This document shows positions 36,291 through 50,500 of a DNA stretch of 64,000 nucleotides, one piece after another. Under the pieces are notes generated by a model. The model did no database searches. It was not told where the DNA came from and worked only from the letters and a program-made list of their open reading frames with translations. The DNA is from Sphyrna mokarran (taxonomy: Eukaryota). How positions within the stretch are numbered: the stretch's first letter is position 1; each line of letters opens with the position of its first letter. The stretch lies in the NCBI GenBank assembly GCA_024679065.1, contig JAGIQG010000014.1, positions 52,948,001 through 53,012,000 of the forward strand. The letters run 5' to 3'. Position numbers and translations under genes: made by a program.

Positions 36291-38069
36291 CATAAGCAAA
36301 GCTTCCCTATTTTAATCAATTCCTCTCATAATAGGTGATAACATTCTACAAGATTTCTAATTACCTGATGTACCCCACCTCCACAACCCTATATACTAAC
36401 ATTGTTTCATAGACAACACATGAGAGATGGTAACAATTAATAGGATGGAATAAGAAAAGTCAAAATGCCTCATCAATTCATAGATTACACAAAATTTATA
36501 TCATATGATTAGAACTTAACAATTTCTATGCTTTTCTATATCCACATCAATCACGTCAATAACAATATGCTCACAAACTGCTGCTGCATTTGTGGAATTT
36601 GCCTTCATCTCACCAGAAATATTTGGAATTTTACCTCGTCATCTTTCAGGAAAAGAGAACTTTACAGAGGATAAAAGCAAGCTACTGTGGATGCTGGAAT
36701 CTGAAACCAAAAGAGATTTCCAGCGTTTTCTCTCTTTGGGAACTCAACAGAAATTTTTCTCAGGTGGTTTGGATAGGCAGAATTGACATGGAAAAGTACA
36801 CTGTCAATGAAAAGAGAAAGTTTGATGGCCTAAATAGTTGTAATTTCATCAGATGGCATGACCTTAATTTTTATATCCTCTTTGCTATTTCTTGCCTTGG
36901 CAATTTCTTCCACTCCACCTTCCCTTTAAATTCCAACAGAGCTGAAAGGATGTATTTTCCACCAACTCAAAGCTTTTGGGTAAAGCTGTTTCTTTTTGTT
37001 TTGCTGTAATACACAGAGCCTTTCCTATCTCTGCCATTACCATGCGTAATGAATTCAATGATGGGGAAAGGTTTTATGCACCCTGACCATTGGGTTTGAG
37101 GTTGGGGGTATGTTAAAAACCAGTGGGTGGCCTTCATGCCACTTTTTCTTGAGCATATTAAGGCAATTTAAGCAGCAGGGACCACAGTAGATTAAATTTA
37201 AATTCAGTGTCTCAATGAAACAGTTCTTGTCAAAAGTTGGGAAACTAGGAAATCATATGGCACATTACCTTCCCTCCTGGGATTAGGTTCAAATCTAACT
37301 CACTTTATGAAATTAGGTCTTTCCATTCCTCTATATGAATTTGATTTAAACAGTTATAGCCTGATTCTCATGGGATAGATAGGGGCCAGGTATGACACTT
37401 TAGTGATCTTCTACAAATGGGTAAATTGTAGCAAACTTGACTATGCTAGATTATAAGTGACCTGGGAATACCTAATGCTGTGTCTGAAATGAGGAGTACT
37501 CCACTTCTCATTCTTGATAGTCTTTGCTTTTGTTAGTTTAAAAATTCACTAAAAGGAAATAAAATTAGAAAATAAGGGATAACTGGCTAGTTTGGCAGTA
37601 AACTGTAAAGTGGAAAATTGAGATTTTGAACTTATGGCAGACATTGTCATTCTATCCATGCTACTGGAGGTAATGATGTATGCTTTGTATTAGTCACATG
37701 GGTACTGACATCAAATACCTCACACAAATGGCCATCCTTTATTTATATATCTGGGTTCTAGACTATAAGCGAATGAGCCAATGATGAAGGTAATCAGAGT
37801 TGGATCTGATGCTGTTCTTACCTGGTAATTACATATATGCATTATCTAGATAATGATTAGGAACCATTACTTATTTTGTTGTGCCTAGTTCAGAGATACC
37901 AAGAGAAATTACTCACTAAGGATTACTAAAATAAAGATTATTTTAAAAAACAGGCTGACATTTACATAATGCCCGAGTATCTCTTTCAGAACCATTCCAA
38001 AGCCTCCAAAAATAACTTTAAAAACAGTGACATCTGTTATGCTGGCAATGCAGACATCATTTTGCATGT

Positions 38070-38625
38070 AGCAAAGATATCTGGAATATTATGTACAGTT
38101 TTGGCCTGCTTACCTAAGGAAGGATATACTTGTCCTAGAGGGAATGAAATGAAAGTTTACCAGACTGGAATGGCAGAATTGTTTTCTCAGGAGAGATTGA
38201 CAAATCTGGGCCTAGATTCTCTGGAATGTAGAAGAATGTGAGATGATTTCATTGAGGCATACAAATTTCTGACAGAGCTTGACAAGGCAAATGAAAGAAG
38301 GATGTTTGCTGAAGCTGGGTGAGTCAGGGGGAGGGGAAAGAAGGGGGTCTGGAACCAGAATGAGAGGGTGGTTATTTAGGACTACACTAGGCAAGAATTT
38401 CTTCAATAGTGGCATGATAAATCTTAGAATTTTCTATCCTAGTGGTTTGTGGAAGCTCAGTCATTGAGTATGTTCAAGATAGAGATTGAAAGATTTCTAG
38501 ATGTAAAAATATTATGGGAGATAGGGATAGTACAGGAAAGTGGTGTCATGGTAGAGAATGATCTAAATGGTGTTGCAGGCTCAAGGGGCAAATGTCCCAC
38601 TCCTGCTCCTATTTCCTATGTTCAA
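38070..38625 (+). mobile_element. CR1 LINE 3' fragment
   Basis: QERLTNLGLDSLECRRM and FRTTLGKNFF motifs; tail ccactcctgctcctatttcctatg. Confidence 0.85.
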
Positions 38626-40854
38626 AGCAACAATGAGGTAAATGGGAAGTTAATTTGTTCTTGTTAGAGAAGTATTAATTCCAACACCAGACTAGCTCCT
38701 TGTTCTTTTTTCAGTAGTGATCAGCTTTTTAGCATTATAGAAAGAAAGAACTTTGTAATTACCTGGCATTTAGAATTTATTTATAAATGCCTCAAGTCAC
38801 CTTTCATTAATACTAGAAAGTAGTTACTGTGAAAATTCCCTAGTCACCACACTTGAGTGAATCTGGAGGCCTGGCAGTGTGGCTGCAGTGCTAACCACTG
38901 TGCCACCCTGAACTTGAGATCTTAGTGATCTGTATGTACAAAATGGCACACATGATCCTCTCATTGAGTTACCAGGGAAAATGACTATTGCAAGTTTTCA
39001 AAGGATGATCTGTCACTTCAAGAGTTCAAAAAGTATAGTGTTAAAGGCTATTGCTTAATTTTTACACTCACAATCGATTTATAAATGTGGCTGTTAATGT
39101 AATGGTTTGTGCTAGTGACTACTGTAATACAGTAATCAAACTAACAAGGCAACAATTTGTGTTTAATCTGGATTGAGCTTTGCTTTGAAGACTCAACTAA
39201 AAAAGCAGAGACACATTGATCTATGTCCTTGCCATCTGAAAATTGAACCTGTGAAGACATAAATCTGTATACAAAAGATATTCATGGACATGATTATTTA
39301 CAACAAGCAGTTTAAAAGAACATTAGTTATGTTAGAATAAATCATGCCATCACTTAAAGTGACATGACAAAAATGCATGGGTATGTGCTCCTAAATCTAT
39401 AAAAGGCTTGCCTTAGACTTTTGACCAATTCCAGTTAATGATAGATTAACACAGAGGATCTTAGCCTAACTTTCTCTTTCAGATCCTGATATACCTGCTG
39501 CCCTACTAACAGCAATTTACATTTTTACTCAAGGCACACTAACTACATTTCCAGGAGGATAATGCTACTGCAACTTGTACATCCTAGCCAGATTACTCAA
39601 AAGCAGAAAGAGATTCCATTGTAGAACATTTTTTCTAATACAGAAACAAATCCAGACCTTCAAATAACTTATGTGTAACATTATCAAACCATTAAAACAA
39701 ACCAGTCAATTTACTAAATTGCTCCTTTAAAAAACTCTAGTCTTTATGGATACCAATATTCCATCAGTACAAAGATGAGTGAGGTGATGCACTGTAGATA
39801 CTTCTCAAGTCATTTGTTTCCTTATAAAAAGTTTTGGATTATTCACTCAATTAAGAATGTACATACTGTTGTGGCACCTCCTGGAGTCAAACAGCAATTT
39901 CATGTGTTCTTAGGTGTCCTATAAGAAACAATGCAATGGAAACAAATGTATTTTTTTCTTAATTTAGAGGGCATGTTATCAGTGAAATTGCTAAGATCTA
40001 CAAGGATGTTAATAGTGCACTTTAGAGACTCATTTCCTCAAGTTGTTAATGCTCTGTGTTGAGAAAGAATGTATCATGTCCAATTCAGAAATCACTTTTT
40101 ATTTATATAGACTGCTATTTAAAAATTAACAAGTTGGATTAGTGCCAGGCTACAATTAGGCTTGTTTCTCCAGGTTCCATCTCTCTTTGTCATTGTACCA
40201 ATTTAGTGTTAAATTTACAGCAGTATTCATACTAAATCAATGGTGTAATCACCCAGTGAACCATTTTCTTTTCAAGCAAATACCCCCAACAACATCTTCA
40301 GTTAGAATCTCAAAAGCAGAGTTCTTTTGAGCAATGATATCTTTGGTACACTGGAACAGTTAACGCCAGCACTTTGCACAGAAATGTGATCACAATGAAA
40401 GTGAATTTGACTGAACATTAATGTCTTTTGCTTCCAGTGGAATCACTGTAGCCAACAGTGTGCCACCAGCCTTGTGGGGCTTAATTCAGTAGCCCTGAAA
40501 ATGAGTACAGGACTTGTGACACAATTAATCCCAACATTTACTGTATTGCAGGCAATATTCAACATTGTGCTGTCTGCTGTTTCAAATGATTTCAATATCA
40601 AGCCAGTGTTGGCTACCTTGTTGGTTGGCTGGAAAACTGAGCAGGAAGCCAAAGTCATTGACTGGCATCAGTTAAAACTAAAATAAAAACTGAAAATATT
40701 GCAGGTCTGTCAGCACTTCTTAGAAGAGAAACACAGCTAATGTTTCAATTTGACTATGACTCTCCTTTCGAACCAGTTAAAACTTGTCTGCAACTCTGAG
40801 GCAAGGTATATTGTGCTTAGAGCAGATGTTGATCTGAGAAACATTGATTAGGCA

Positions 40855-41720
40855 CAATATGGAAGAGAGCATGATGCTAGGATTTTGAATCCTGCATGGG
40901 AGACTTTACTGGAAGAGATACAAAGGAACAGAGATGCACTGAAACCGCAAGGGGTCAGGAGGCTCTCCAAACACATCTCAGATGGCAACAGGAGCAGTTA
41001 GCTATGGAGATTACAACCATGGGTCAAGCAATAAGGACCTGGCGACAGTGCCACAAGAAGCTCAATGACCTTACATGAATGATTAAGATCAGTGAATGCA
41101 TCTTTAAATCTGTAGTGTAAGTGTCTGTACATACAGGGCTAACATGGGAATGAGTTCAGTGGTATAAGAAGGCACATGGCCCAGACCTAGGGTCAGTGTA
41201 GTGTTGAGCAGAGAAGTCTTAAATGCGGAGCTAGCTCCTTGCCTCTACCCTTTACTCTATGTATGTATTTAGTTACAAGTAGTTAATAAACCATTGCCGT
41301 TAGCACACAGAAGACTATGAAAACTTCCTTAACAGACATGTTTTATAACCAATGTCATTGCAACAAATTACCTCAGATACTGCTCAATTCACCACACCCA
41401 CGTCATTCACCTACTGACAATCCCCATCAATCACAATACATATTTGACATTCATTTGCTCCTCTGTACCTTCAGACATTGCTGAAAGCCTCATACCCAGA
41501 ATACTCAACTTGCAAACATGATCAGTTATTTAGCCTTAACAACCATATCATCAAAATAGATTGATGACACTTATTGAAACATTCCTTTCTTGCAGGACAG
41601 ATTAACACTTTATCAAAGGCTGCAGAAGTGAACCAATGAGGGACAGGCAAGCCTAAATATCTTCTTTCCCATGGAGGAAATGGTGCTGGCCATTTGTGGA
41701 ATGTTAATTGCCGTGATCAG
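40855..41720 (+). pseudogene. Myb/SANT-like gene remnant of Harbinger C
   Basis: RTWRQCHKKLNDLT at ~41035-41075. Second exon after ttcttgcAG|GACAGATTA at ~41596, paralleling the exon layout of copy A. Confidence 0.7.
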
Positions 41721-42459
41721 GGGCAGGGTTGAAATCCAAGAAAATTGTGGTATTTTCATACCTAATCCTATTTTCCCTTCTCTCACTCACATTCCACACT
41801 CTTCTGATTTATAGATTTACATTGTGTAAGCATGCACCTTTTACTCATACCAAACTTACCACCAATCCTCAGCCCCATCCCAGACAAGCAGATCTTTCTA
41901 TTTGTACCTTTCTCTTTTCAGATGCCCAAGATATTCATATTGACCAAGCAGAAAGTTAGATTATAATAATAATTGAAGACACAGCATCCCATCACCCAAT
42001 TTCACACTTCACTTTGGATTTTAACACTGCATGTCGTTTAGAGAATAGTGAAGAAGCAGGATGTGCTTGTCACAAGACACGTAGAGTCAGAATGTGAGGC
42101 AATGTTAGCATCATTGGGACAAAATGAAACTCATTTATTTCTGACAGAGAACTCAATGTCAGCTTGGATATAGCAGCATACAAAGGATTCTGATGGGTTT
42201 TCCCAATGGAGCATAAGAAAGGCTGTCAGAAAGCTGATAATCATTAACAAGGAGTATGAAACAGTCCAGCCTCAAGTTGGCCCAGAAATGTGCACAGAAT
42301 TTGGATCCCATTTTTCCGGCATAGAGATGGTGGCTAATTCCTCTGACACATTTGTAGATCCAACCATGGTGTAGTGTCTGATGGCCAATGTTTCAACTTC
42401 TGTGCAGAACAAGCAATTTCCCCTAGAAGTCTCAATGCTGAAGTGGAAGCTCCAGTAAG

Positions 42460-42900
42460 ATTTGTCCTATGAAGAAAGATTGAGTAGTTTGGGCCTATAC
42501 TCTATAGAGTTTAGAAGAATAAAGGGAATTTTATTTGATCGAATCTATCAGATGCTAAAAGAATTGACAGGGTAGGTGTAAAGTGAATGTTTCCCCTTGT
42601 GGAGCAATATAGAATGAAAGATCGTAGTTTCACTATAACAACAGCAGATCTAAAACAAATGAGAAGAAATTACCTCTATCAAAGAGTCATGAACTTATGG
42701 AATTCACTACTCCAGAGTTTGGTGGATGCTGGGACATTGAATAAATTTAAAAGGAGATAGACAGATTTTTAATCAATAGTGGGTTGAAAGGTTTCAGAGA
42801 ATGAGCAGGAAAGTGGAATTGAAGCAGTGATGAGACGAGCCATGATCATATTGAATGTCGAAGCAGGCGCAAGGGACAAATTGTCTACTCCAGCTCCAGT
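42460..42900 (+). mobile_element. CR1 LINE 3' fragment inserted in Harbinger C
   Basis: ttgtcctatgaagaaagattgagtagtttgggcctatactct (LSYEERLSSLGLYS) through to tail ctactccagctcc. Confidence 0.85.
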
Positions 42901-43929
42901 TCTGACTGCTGGTGGATTTCAAAGTGGTGCAAAGGGACTTACAGTCACAGCAGTCCAGCAATCTGTCCTCCAAAAGAGCCCTGCGAGTACTGAGGTGCCA
43001 TTCCAGCAGAGAAGTAATGGCTTCATGGGGTGCATCATTACTGCGCTCTCTTAGTGAGATTGCATTCTTCTTCTAATCTCTGCCAGTGCCCTTTCCTCAG
43101 TAAGAGGTCTGACAACACCAATTTTAAATCCAACCGATTGATAGTAAACTTGCAAGCTTTCAGTCTTTGTAGCCTTCATCAGGCAAATGAGGTGTTCTGG
43201 TCTGCAATAGCACACATATCAGCATGGACAGTTTACAGATTGCTGATTAGAATGTGAATCCTTACACCTAATCTGCTATTCAAGTTTTAAAATGGCTAAT
43301 AAGGTGAGTGGAAGGAGCACTGAGCACATGTTAGAGAGATGTGTATTGTCTCCAGACAGCACAGTAAGTGAGGTTTTTTTTGCTAACCCAGGCAAGTCTT
43401 TGGGGTTACAGATAGTGTGACATGAAGCCAAGATCCCTATTAAGATCGTCCTCTTGTGTGCGGAACCTGCCTATCAGACAATCAGTGCCCTTGCCTATCA
43501 GACAGTCAGCCCATGTCAGCTGGTGCAATCTGAGATTGGCCTCACTAAGTCCAAAGTTACTCAAAGTTATCATCCAAGGCTATCAGTAGTCTTCACCACT
43601 TAAAAGCATCAGCCTTTCCTTAGCTATGCTGCAGTAACCGTGTTAGCACTGCATAAGAGCAGTACGGAAAGCACATAGAGAAACTGCAGTAATGGAATGC
43701 ACGTGGGAAAATAACTATTTCCTATGTAATATGGAATGACATTGCTAAAAATAAGTGAAGCTAATTTTGGGATGGCTTTTTTATTGCATTCTACCTCTGT
43801 GTGTGCTGTGATGGTCAGTGGCAGAAGGACGATAATATTTGGGACTGCTGGTGAATAGGAAATTGGCATCATAGATACTGATATTGCATTTAGAAATGTT
43901 CTTCACAAACAGCCTGGCCAGAAAGAAGT

Positions 43930-45230
43930 TGTGTAAATTATCTCTTCTCTTTCTCTTCCTCTTCCTCCTCTTATTTCTTTCCTGAATAATTTGCAACAAG
44001 ATCTGTTACCACATGTTGACAAGGTTAGGCAAAATGCAACAGACTACCCCTAAACTTGACACCCACTCTAACAAGTGCTGCGGGGCACTTCCAAGGTGAG
44101 TTCAGGTAGCAGAAATATAATTTTGGCATGCCAGTGTTCTGGTCTATAAAGATTAGTGGGCCAGCACTTACTACATTGTAAACGTGCTGTGTAGCCAAGT
44201 CATCAGCCACATCATCAGCGGATATTGTCATAATGAGGCCATCCTTTGGTTTGATGTGAAAACTGTAATGAAGTGGGTAGAGTAGATTGCTGAAGGATGG
44301 AGTCATCACAACTGCTACCAGGCACTGACATGTATAATTCTCTACCTATGGTCACACATCAACTGAATGTAGAGGGAATGGAACCCTTTCCAGTATAGGT
44401 CATGCAATTTCTGCAAAAAAAATGCATGCAGATACTGCACCCCACACCATGGGTAAGCCTGCAATCCTAGCAAGGTTGTGTGCTCATTGCAATGACTACT
44501 TTATGGAAAGAAGAAATTAAATGTGATGTAATACAAAAAAATTGGGTGTGAATGTATCGAGTGTGTCAATGACTTTTCTTACACAGCATTGGAAGGCAAA
44601 CTGCAAAATATTCATCTGTAGTTCCAGAAGCAGCCAAAGCTGTAAATGTTCATTGTCACCATCACCTGCACAGCAATTTACAATGCTATCTTTGCCCTGC
44701 ACTGTGGTTGCAATTCTGGCCTCAGCAGAAGCTAAATTTCAAATGTTCCACTATAAATTGCATGCATACAACACAGCGGCCGACAAATGATCACACCAGT
44801 CCCTCGGTTGTCTTAATTAAAGGTACCATATATGTTTCTGCAACTTTAAAGGGTACCACACATTCACATGAGCAAGCTGCCAATGAAAAGAAAGAAGAGG
44901 GAACATTTGTGAGGATACCATATTACTTCTCACTGAGATTCAAGTCAGGGAATTTCTTTATCAATACCATGGCCTTCTCTTCCTTCTGCCACCAGCTTGT
45001 ACTGTTTTGCAGGACCTCATTCTCTAAATGATGCTGTACTGTCTGCTCATACATGTGTCCAAAGGCAGTTAAAGCAAAAGCCTTGCTGTCAGTAATATCT
45101 CCTTAAACGCCTGACATACCACTCCATGTGGACTTTTGCAAGACATTTTTGTGAACAACCATGGAAAGCACTACACTTGTAGAAACAGTGCAACAACCAA
45201 AAGAAATTAGACAGCAACCAGTATGTTGAT
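43930..45230 (-). pseudogene. HARBI1-like DDE transposase remnant of Harbinger C
   Basis: Minus strand: NILQFAFQCCVRKVIDTL; ARIAGLPMVWGAVSA; WKGFHSLYIQLMCDHR*RIIHVSAW..SCDDSILQQS; acidic EEEEE tail near 43950-43970. Confidence 0.85.
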
Positions 45231-46574
45231 AATCCTTTGGAATAATGCTGAGGGTTACTGGGATGAGGTGGCAAGTGTGGCAGTGGTTGCTTGAGGTCCT
45301 TCTTGTTGTGAACAGAGGGCATGAGCTGATGACTCAATGGACTGAATGGCCTCCTTCTGTAGGGCTTCTATGAATAATGCTGTGGATTACTGGGATGGGG
45401 TGGCAGGTGTGGTGGTGATTGCTTGATGTGTTTCTTGTCGTGAACAGAGGGCATGAGCTGATGACTCGATGGACCGAATGGTCTCCTCCTGTGCTGTAGG
45501 GTTTCTATGATTCTATGATAAAAGCAACATTGCACGCTGATTGGCTTTATTATCTGTTGAAGAATCATTTAGATCTGAAACATTAATTGTTTCCTTCTCA
45601 ATCATAGAATCCCTACAGTGCTGCAGGAGGCCATTCAACCCATTGAGTCTGCACCACTCTCTGACAAAGTATCTTACCCAGGAACTATCCCCATAACCCA
45701 AAATATTTACCATGACTTACCCAACTAACACTCCACAATGCTGCCACACCTGCTGAGTCTGTGCAGCATTTTCAGTTTTTATTTCAGATTTCCAGCATCC
45801 TTAGTGATTTGCTTTTATTGTCTGTCTCCTGTGCATACCTCTGGCAGCCATTCATTGCATCAAGCTATTGACCTCATCAATATGGCATCTAGCATAATGC
45901 ATCACAAAGTGTGCATGTTAGATGGAGGTATCACTTTGCTCTCCCAATGGCCCCCATAACACCCAAATAGTGGTCCTAATTTTTCAGCGTGGGCCTTCTG
46001 AAATGTATAATGCGAAGATGGCAGCATTGAACTGGGGTAAGTACAGTGAGAAGTCTGACAACATCAGGTTAAATTCCAACAGGTTTATTTGTAGCACAAG
46101 CTTTTGGAGTCTGACTCCTTCTTCAGGTGAGTCTCCTGAAGAATTGCAGATCATATTAATGACCTGCAATTAAAAATCACCCCCAAAAAAATGCAAGAAT
46201 AAACATTCAGCTAAATAGAAGTATGATCTTAAAGAGTATTTGATTGGTACGAATTGGTAGAATGCTAATTATATTTTAATAGCTTACACATATTTTTCTG
46301 AAGTCACTATTAGAAACGTTAAATAATTTGTTCAAGTTACATTGGTGAAATCCAAGATCGCTGGTGGAGAAAGGAGAAGAATAATTCCAAAAGTAAATTA
46401 CTGCGGGTGCTAGAAACCTGAAACAAAAACAGGAAATGCTGGGGAAAATCTTGGGAGGTCTGACAGTATCTGTGGAGAGAGAACAGCGCCAATGTTTCGA
46501 GTCTCCTTGGGAGTTTGCTGCTCCTGCAATGATGCTGTTTCATTTTCTCTGAAATTCTGAACAAACCAGTGCAT

Positions 46575-46920
46575 CATAAATCATAGAACCCTATAGTGCA
46601 GAAAGAGGCCCTTCAGCCCATCAAGTCTGCCCCGATCACAATCCCATCCAGGCCTAACCCCCTGTGTTTCTACATATTTCACCAGCTAATCCCTCTAACC
46701 TAAGCATCCTAGTACACTAAGGGGCAAATTTAACATGGCCAGTCAACCTAACCCACACATCTTTGGACAGTGGGAGGAAACCGGAGCACCCGGAGGAAGC
46801 CCTTGCAGACACAAGTAGAATGTGCAAACTACACACAGACAGTGACCCGAGCCAGGAATTGAACCTAAGTCCCTGGAGCTGTGAAACAGCAGTGCTAACC
46901 ACTGTGCTACTGTGCCGCCA
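46575..46920 (-). mobile_element. Full-length V-SINE (HE1-like)
   Basis: Complete reverse-strand head, V core gtgggaggaaaccggagcacccggagg, and tail catagaaccctatagtgcaga. Confidence 0.92.
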
Positions 46921-47009
46921 AGGCCATGTATGATCATTGGTTATCCAAGTTTCAACTTATGAATGGTAGGAACTGCTTTCTACTGCTGTTTGCATATGTA
47001 ACATCCCCT

Positions 47010-47590
47010 GGGAATCTATTCAGTCCATCGAGACTACAGCAACAATAATCCCACCCAGATCTTATCCCAGTAACCCCACATATTTACTCTACTAATGTCC
47101 ATGACACTAATTTATTATGGCCAATGAACCTTACCTGCACATCTTTAGACTGTGGGATGAGACAACGATGGCACAGTGCTTAGCACAGGGCTCTCACAAC
47201 TCCAGGGACCAGGGTTCAATTCTGGGACTGGCTCACTGTCTGTGCAGAGTTAGCACGTTTTCCCCATGTCTGCATATGTTCCCTCTGCCTGCTCCGGTTT
47301 GCTCCCACAGTCCAAAGGACGTGCTGTTAAATGTGTTGGCCATGCAAAATTCTCCCTATTGTACCCAGATAGGCATCAGAGTATGCCAACAAGGGGATTT
47401 TCACAGTAACACCATTGCATTATTACTGCAAGTCTACTTGTGACACTTACAAATAACTTTTAAACTGGAGCACCCGGAGGAAACCTACGCAGACACGAGG
47501 AGAATGTACAAACTCCACACTGTCATTCGGAGACATAATTGAAGCTAGCTCCCTGGTGCCGTGAGACAGCAGTGCTAACCACTGTGCCAT
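47010..47590 (-). mobile_element. V-SINE interrupted by an opposite-strand V-SINE (47163-47463)
   Basis: Core gactgtgggatga|...|aactggagcacccggagg is split by a complete + strand SINE. Confidence 0.85.
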
Positions 47591-47599
47591 TCCCAGAGG

Positions 47600-50500
47600 T
47601 TTCTAACCGCGAATATTAAGCATTTTAAAGAAATAATATACTGTTCGCGCAATTGTTTATAAGACATGAAGCAAGAACCGTTATGCTCCTCTAAACACAT
47701 TTATTTGGGGAAATCAAAAGACCTCGTTGTGGACAGATTATTTCTAACTCAAACCAAAATCCTTAGAAGAAAGCAAGGTGGATTTTAAAACATGATGTAG
47801 AGATGCTGGTGTTGGATTGGAGTAAACAAAGTAAGAAGTTTCACAACACCAGGTTAAAGTCCAACTGGTTTATTTGGTAGCACGGGCCACGAGCTTTCGC
47901 AGCGCTGCTCCTTCATCGGGTAAGTGGGATCTCTGGATCTCCTGTTAGATTTTAAAACAACAGCTTTTAAAATCATTCAAACGGTTACAGGGGCCAGTTA
48001 TTGCCTATAACAATAACAAAACAAAACTTCTCGGCGCTCTTTATGCTAAACTCAAGATACCAGAAACTCAAAAAGTTTAACAAAATTCAGCAGGGACTTT
48101 TCTGCGATGTTGACAGCAGAAATCGCAGAACTAAAGGGATGGAAGTGCCAAATTTAATCTTCTGGCCATATATATTTGAAAAACGCACACACAAAAGTAA
48201 ATCGAGCATTGCTTGGCAGTTTGGACGCTGTCCTCCCTGAGAGAGGCAGTCAGTATTGAAGTCATGTGTATAAAAATACCAAGAATGCCGATAGACACAT
48301 TTCGTTACAAATTCAGTTACCACCATCACCAACAGCCCCTCCCCCACCCTTCCGTCCGAAATAATTGACATGAAATTACAATATATTCCTGTGATCACCT
48401 TTCTTCTAAACAGTTTTGTACTTTGACTCAATTAATGCAATATAGCTGATTTGCTGAAGACTACGCATACAATCAGTTAAAAACCCTGGAATTTTATTGT
48501 CAAGTTGACCACTAAAGCCCACTGGCATGTGTCTTGTTGCCAAGACGAAAACAAATGGGATTCTTCATATTTGTCTAAGTCTTGAGTCGACTCCGACGTC
48601 TCTATTCACCAGTCAACATAGAGAAATCGCATTGCGAACGATCATTGGAAAGGGGATCATTTGGCGGGCGGGGGTTGGGAGTGGGGGGCGGGTTGTTGGG
48701 GGTGAAGTGAGGCTGAATTCCACAAACAGAAATGTTTCAAATCTCTGGCATTTAATTTTTTGTGAGATAGAGGTGAACGTTAATTTGTCTTCGTAAACGA
48801 CAACTGTAAACTTTCAGATTTAATATGAGAACTATTTATTGCCAGACAAAAATTTCAGATTTTTTTTTATTCGTTAATGGAATGTGTGCATTTATTGCTC
48901 ATCCCTAAATGCCCTTCAACTGAAGGGCAATTTTCAGAAGGCATTTAGGAGCCACGTAATCAGCTAAGGATGACATGTCCTTCTCTAAAAGATGTTTTTT
49001 TAACAATTGGCATTGTTTTGATGCTAGGAATGCAAGTTGCTGTATATCAATCAGATTTGTATTAAATTCAAATTCTATCAAGATGGGATTCGAAACCGAA
49101 TTCCCTCAGAATTACTAGTCCAGCGACAACACCACCTCACCACTCTCTCTCTCTGCTGCTTTCACTAATATGACACAAACTTTTAGGTAGGGAGCTGTTA
49201 AGTAACACAATATCTCGGATTTTATTATCGTCTCTATAGTAGATGCTAAAATGTTAATTATGCGCTTGCCTCAAGGATCGGATGTATTGTCCCTGGAACG
49301 CTAGGAGATGACTAATTAGAGCCATCATCTCTAGCACTCATCAGAAAGAGGCATCTATATTCTATCCTTGTACAGTCCCCGAATCTAGGAACACAAACGG
49401 TAAGATCCTTCAGAGGAAGGACAAAACAAACCTGATGCCCCAGCATTGAAGTATTTAAAATGGATGATGTACAACGAATTTCTAACAAAAAATAATATAA
49501 GGCAAGCCAAGGTGAGTTATCAGGCAACATTTAACATCAAACTACTTTATATAATATATAGGGTTGATGGTCCATAGCTCGGTCAAGTCAAAAGAAGTAA
49601 CTTTTTAAGGAAAGTCTTCGGAAGGAAAGGAAGAGAGAGGAAGCCAGGCAGAGAAGTTCAGAGAGTAGTTCCAGAGTTTAGGGTCTCTTCAGGTGCAGGT
49701 ACCAGAGAGATCTCGAAGTGTTATTTACAGACAGATCTCCACGTTAAGCACATAAATCAATTGATCTTAATCGTAGCCACGGATCATATCAATCAGCAGC
49801 GCTATTCATTCTGAAACCTGGGCTCGTCATTCGGTGTCAGTGCATTAACCCCAATGGTATTATTTCATTTGTCGAACAAATATGTGGCACAGGCACGGCG
49901 TGTTAATATTAATAATTGATATAGTCCTCGCTATTTAGATGATGACTGAGGAGGCCCCGAAAGTTGATTTAAACCTTTTATTTCTACCCTTTGCTCAAGT
50001 TATATTTATACAACATTACAATATAACGCGAAGGCATTTTATTGCTGATACTATCTCTGGAATATGATTATTAGTTGAACGATTTACTGAGACTAAATAG
50101 ATGCATAAATCAGAAGGTTTAGATGTCTGACCGTCTCGGGCAACGAAAAACGCCGCGTCAATGTATCATGTTTTCTAATAGTCCGGAGTAAATGTCCTTG
50201 CTAGTGCAGCCTAATGCCCTTGCCAGAACTAAACAGATGAGTTATAACTAAAGTACATGAAATGAGAGCCAGAAACACACTCTCCTCTCCTGTTTATCCG
50301 CATCATCCCCAACATTGAAGAAATTAGCAGGAAAACAATCCCTCCACCAACCTAACAAGAAAATTGCTGCATAATTTACTCATTGACTTATTTCGCCGTT
50401 TGAGTCCTAATTTAAGGATTTAGACTAATTTGACTCCTCTGCTTTTCCAGGCCGAAGGGTCAAATATCGTCGTAAACCTGCAGCTTTGCAAGCCGCCTTC

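Larger units (their letters stand above)
40475..46035. mobile_element. Degenerate PIF/Harbinger DNA transposon (copy C): Myb/SANT (+) and transposase (-) convergent, carrying later CR1, Penelope-like and SINE insertions
   Basis: Both Harbinger genes are recognisable as pseudogenes. Outer limits are approximate. Confidence 0.7.

Noticed and set aside
36590-37009. 139-aa ORF
   Set aside because: Non-ATG start, overlaps a short repeat fragment, and shows no domain or splice support.
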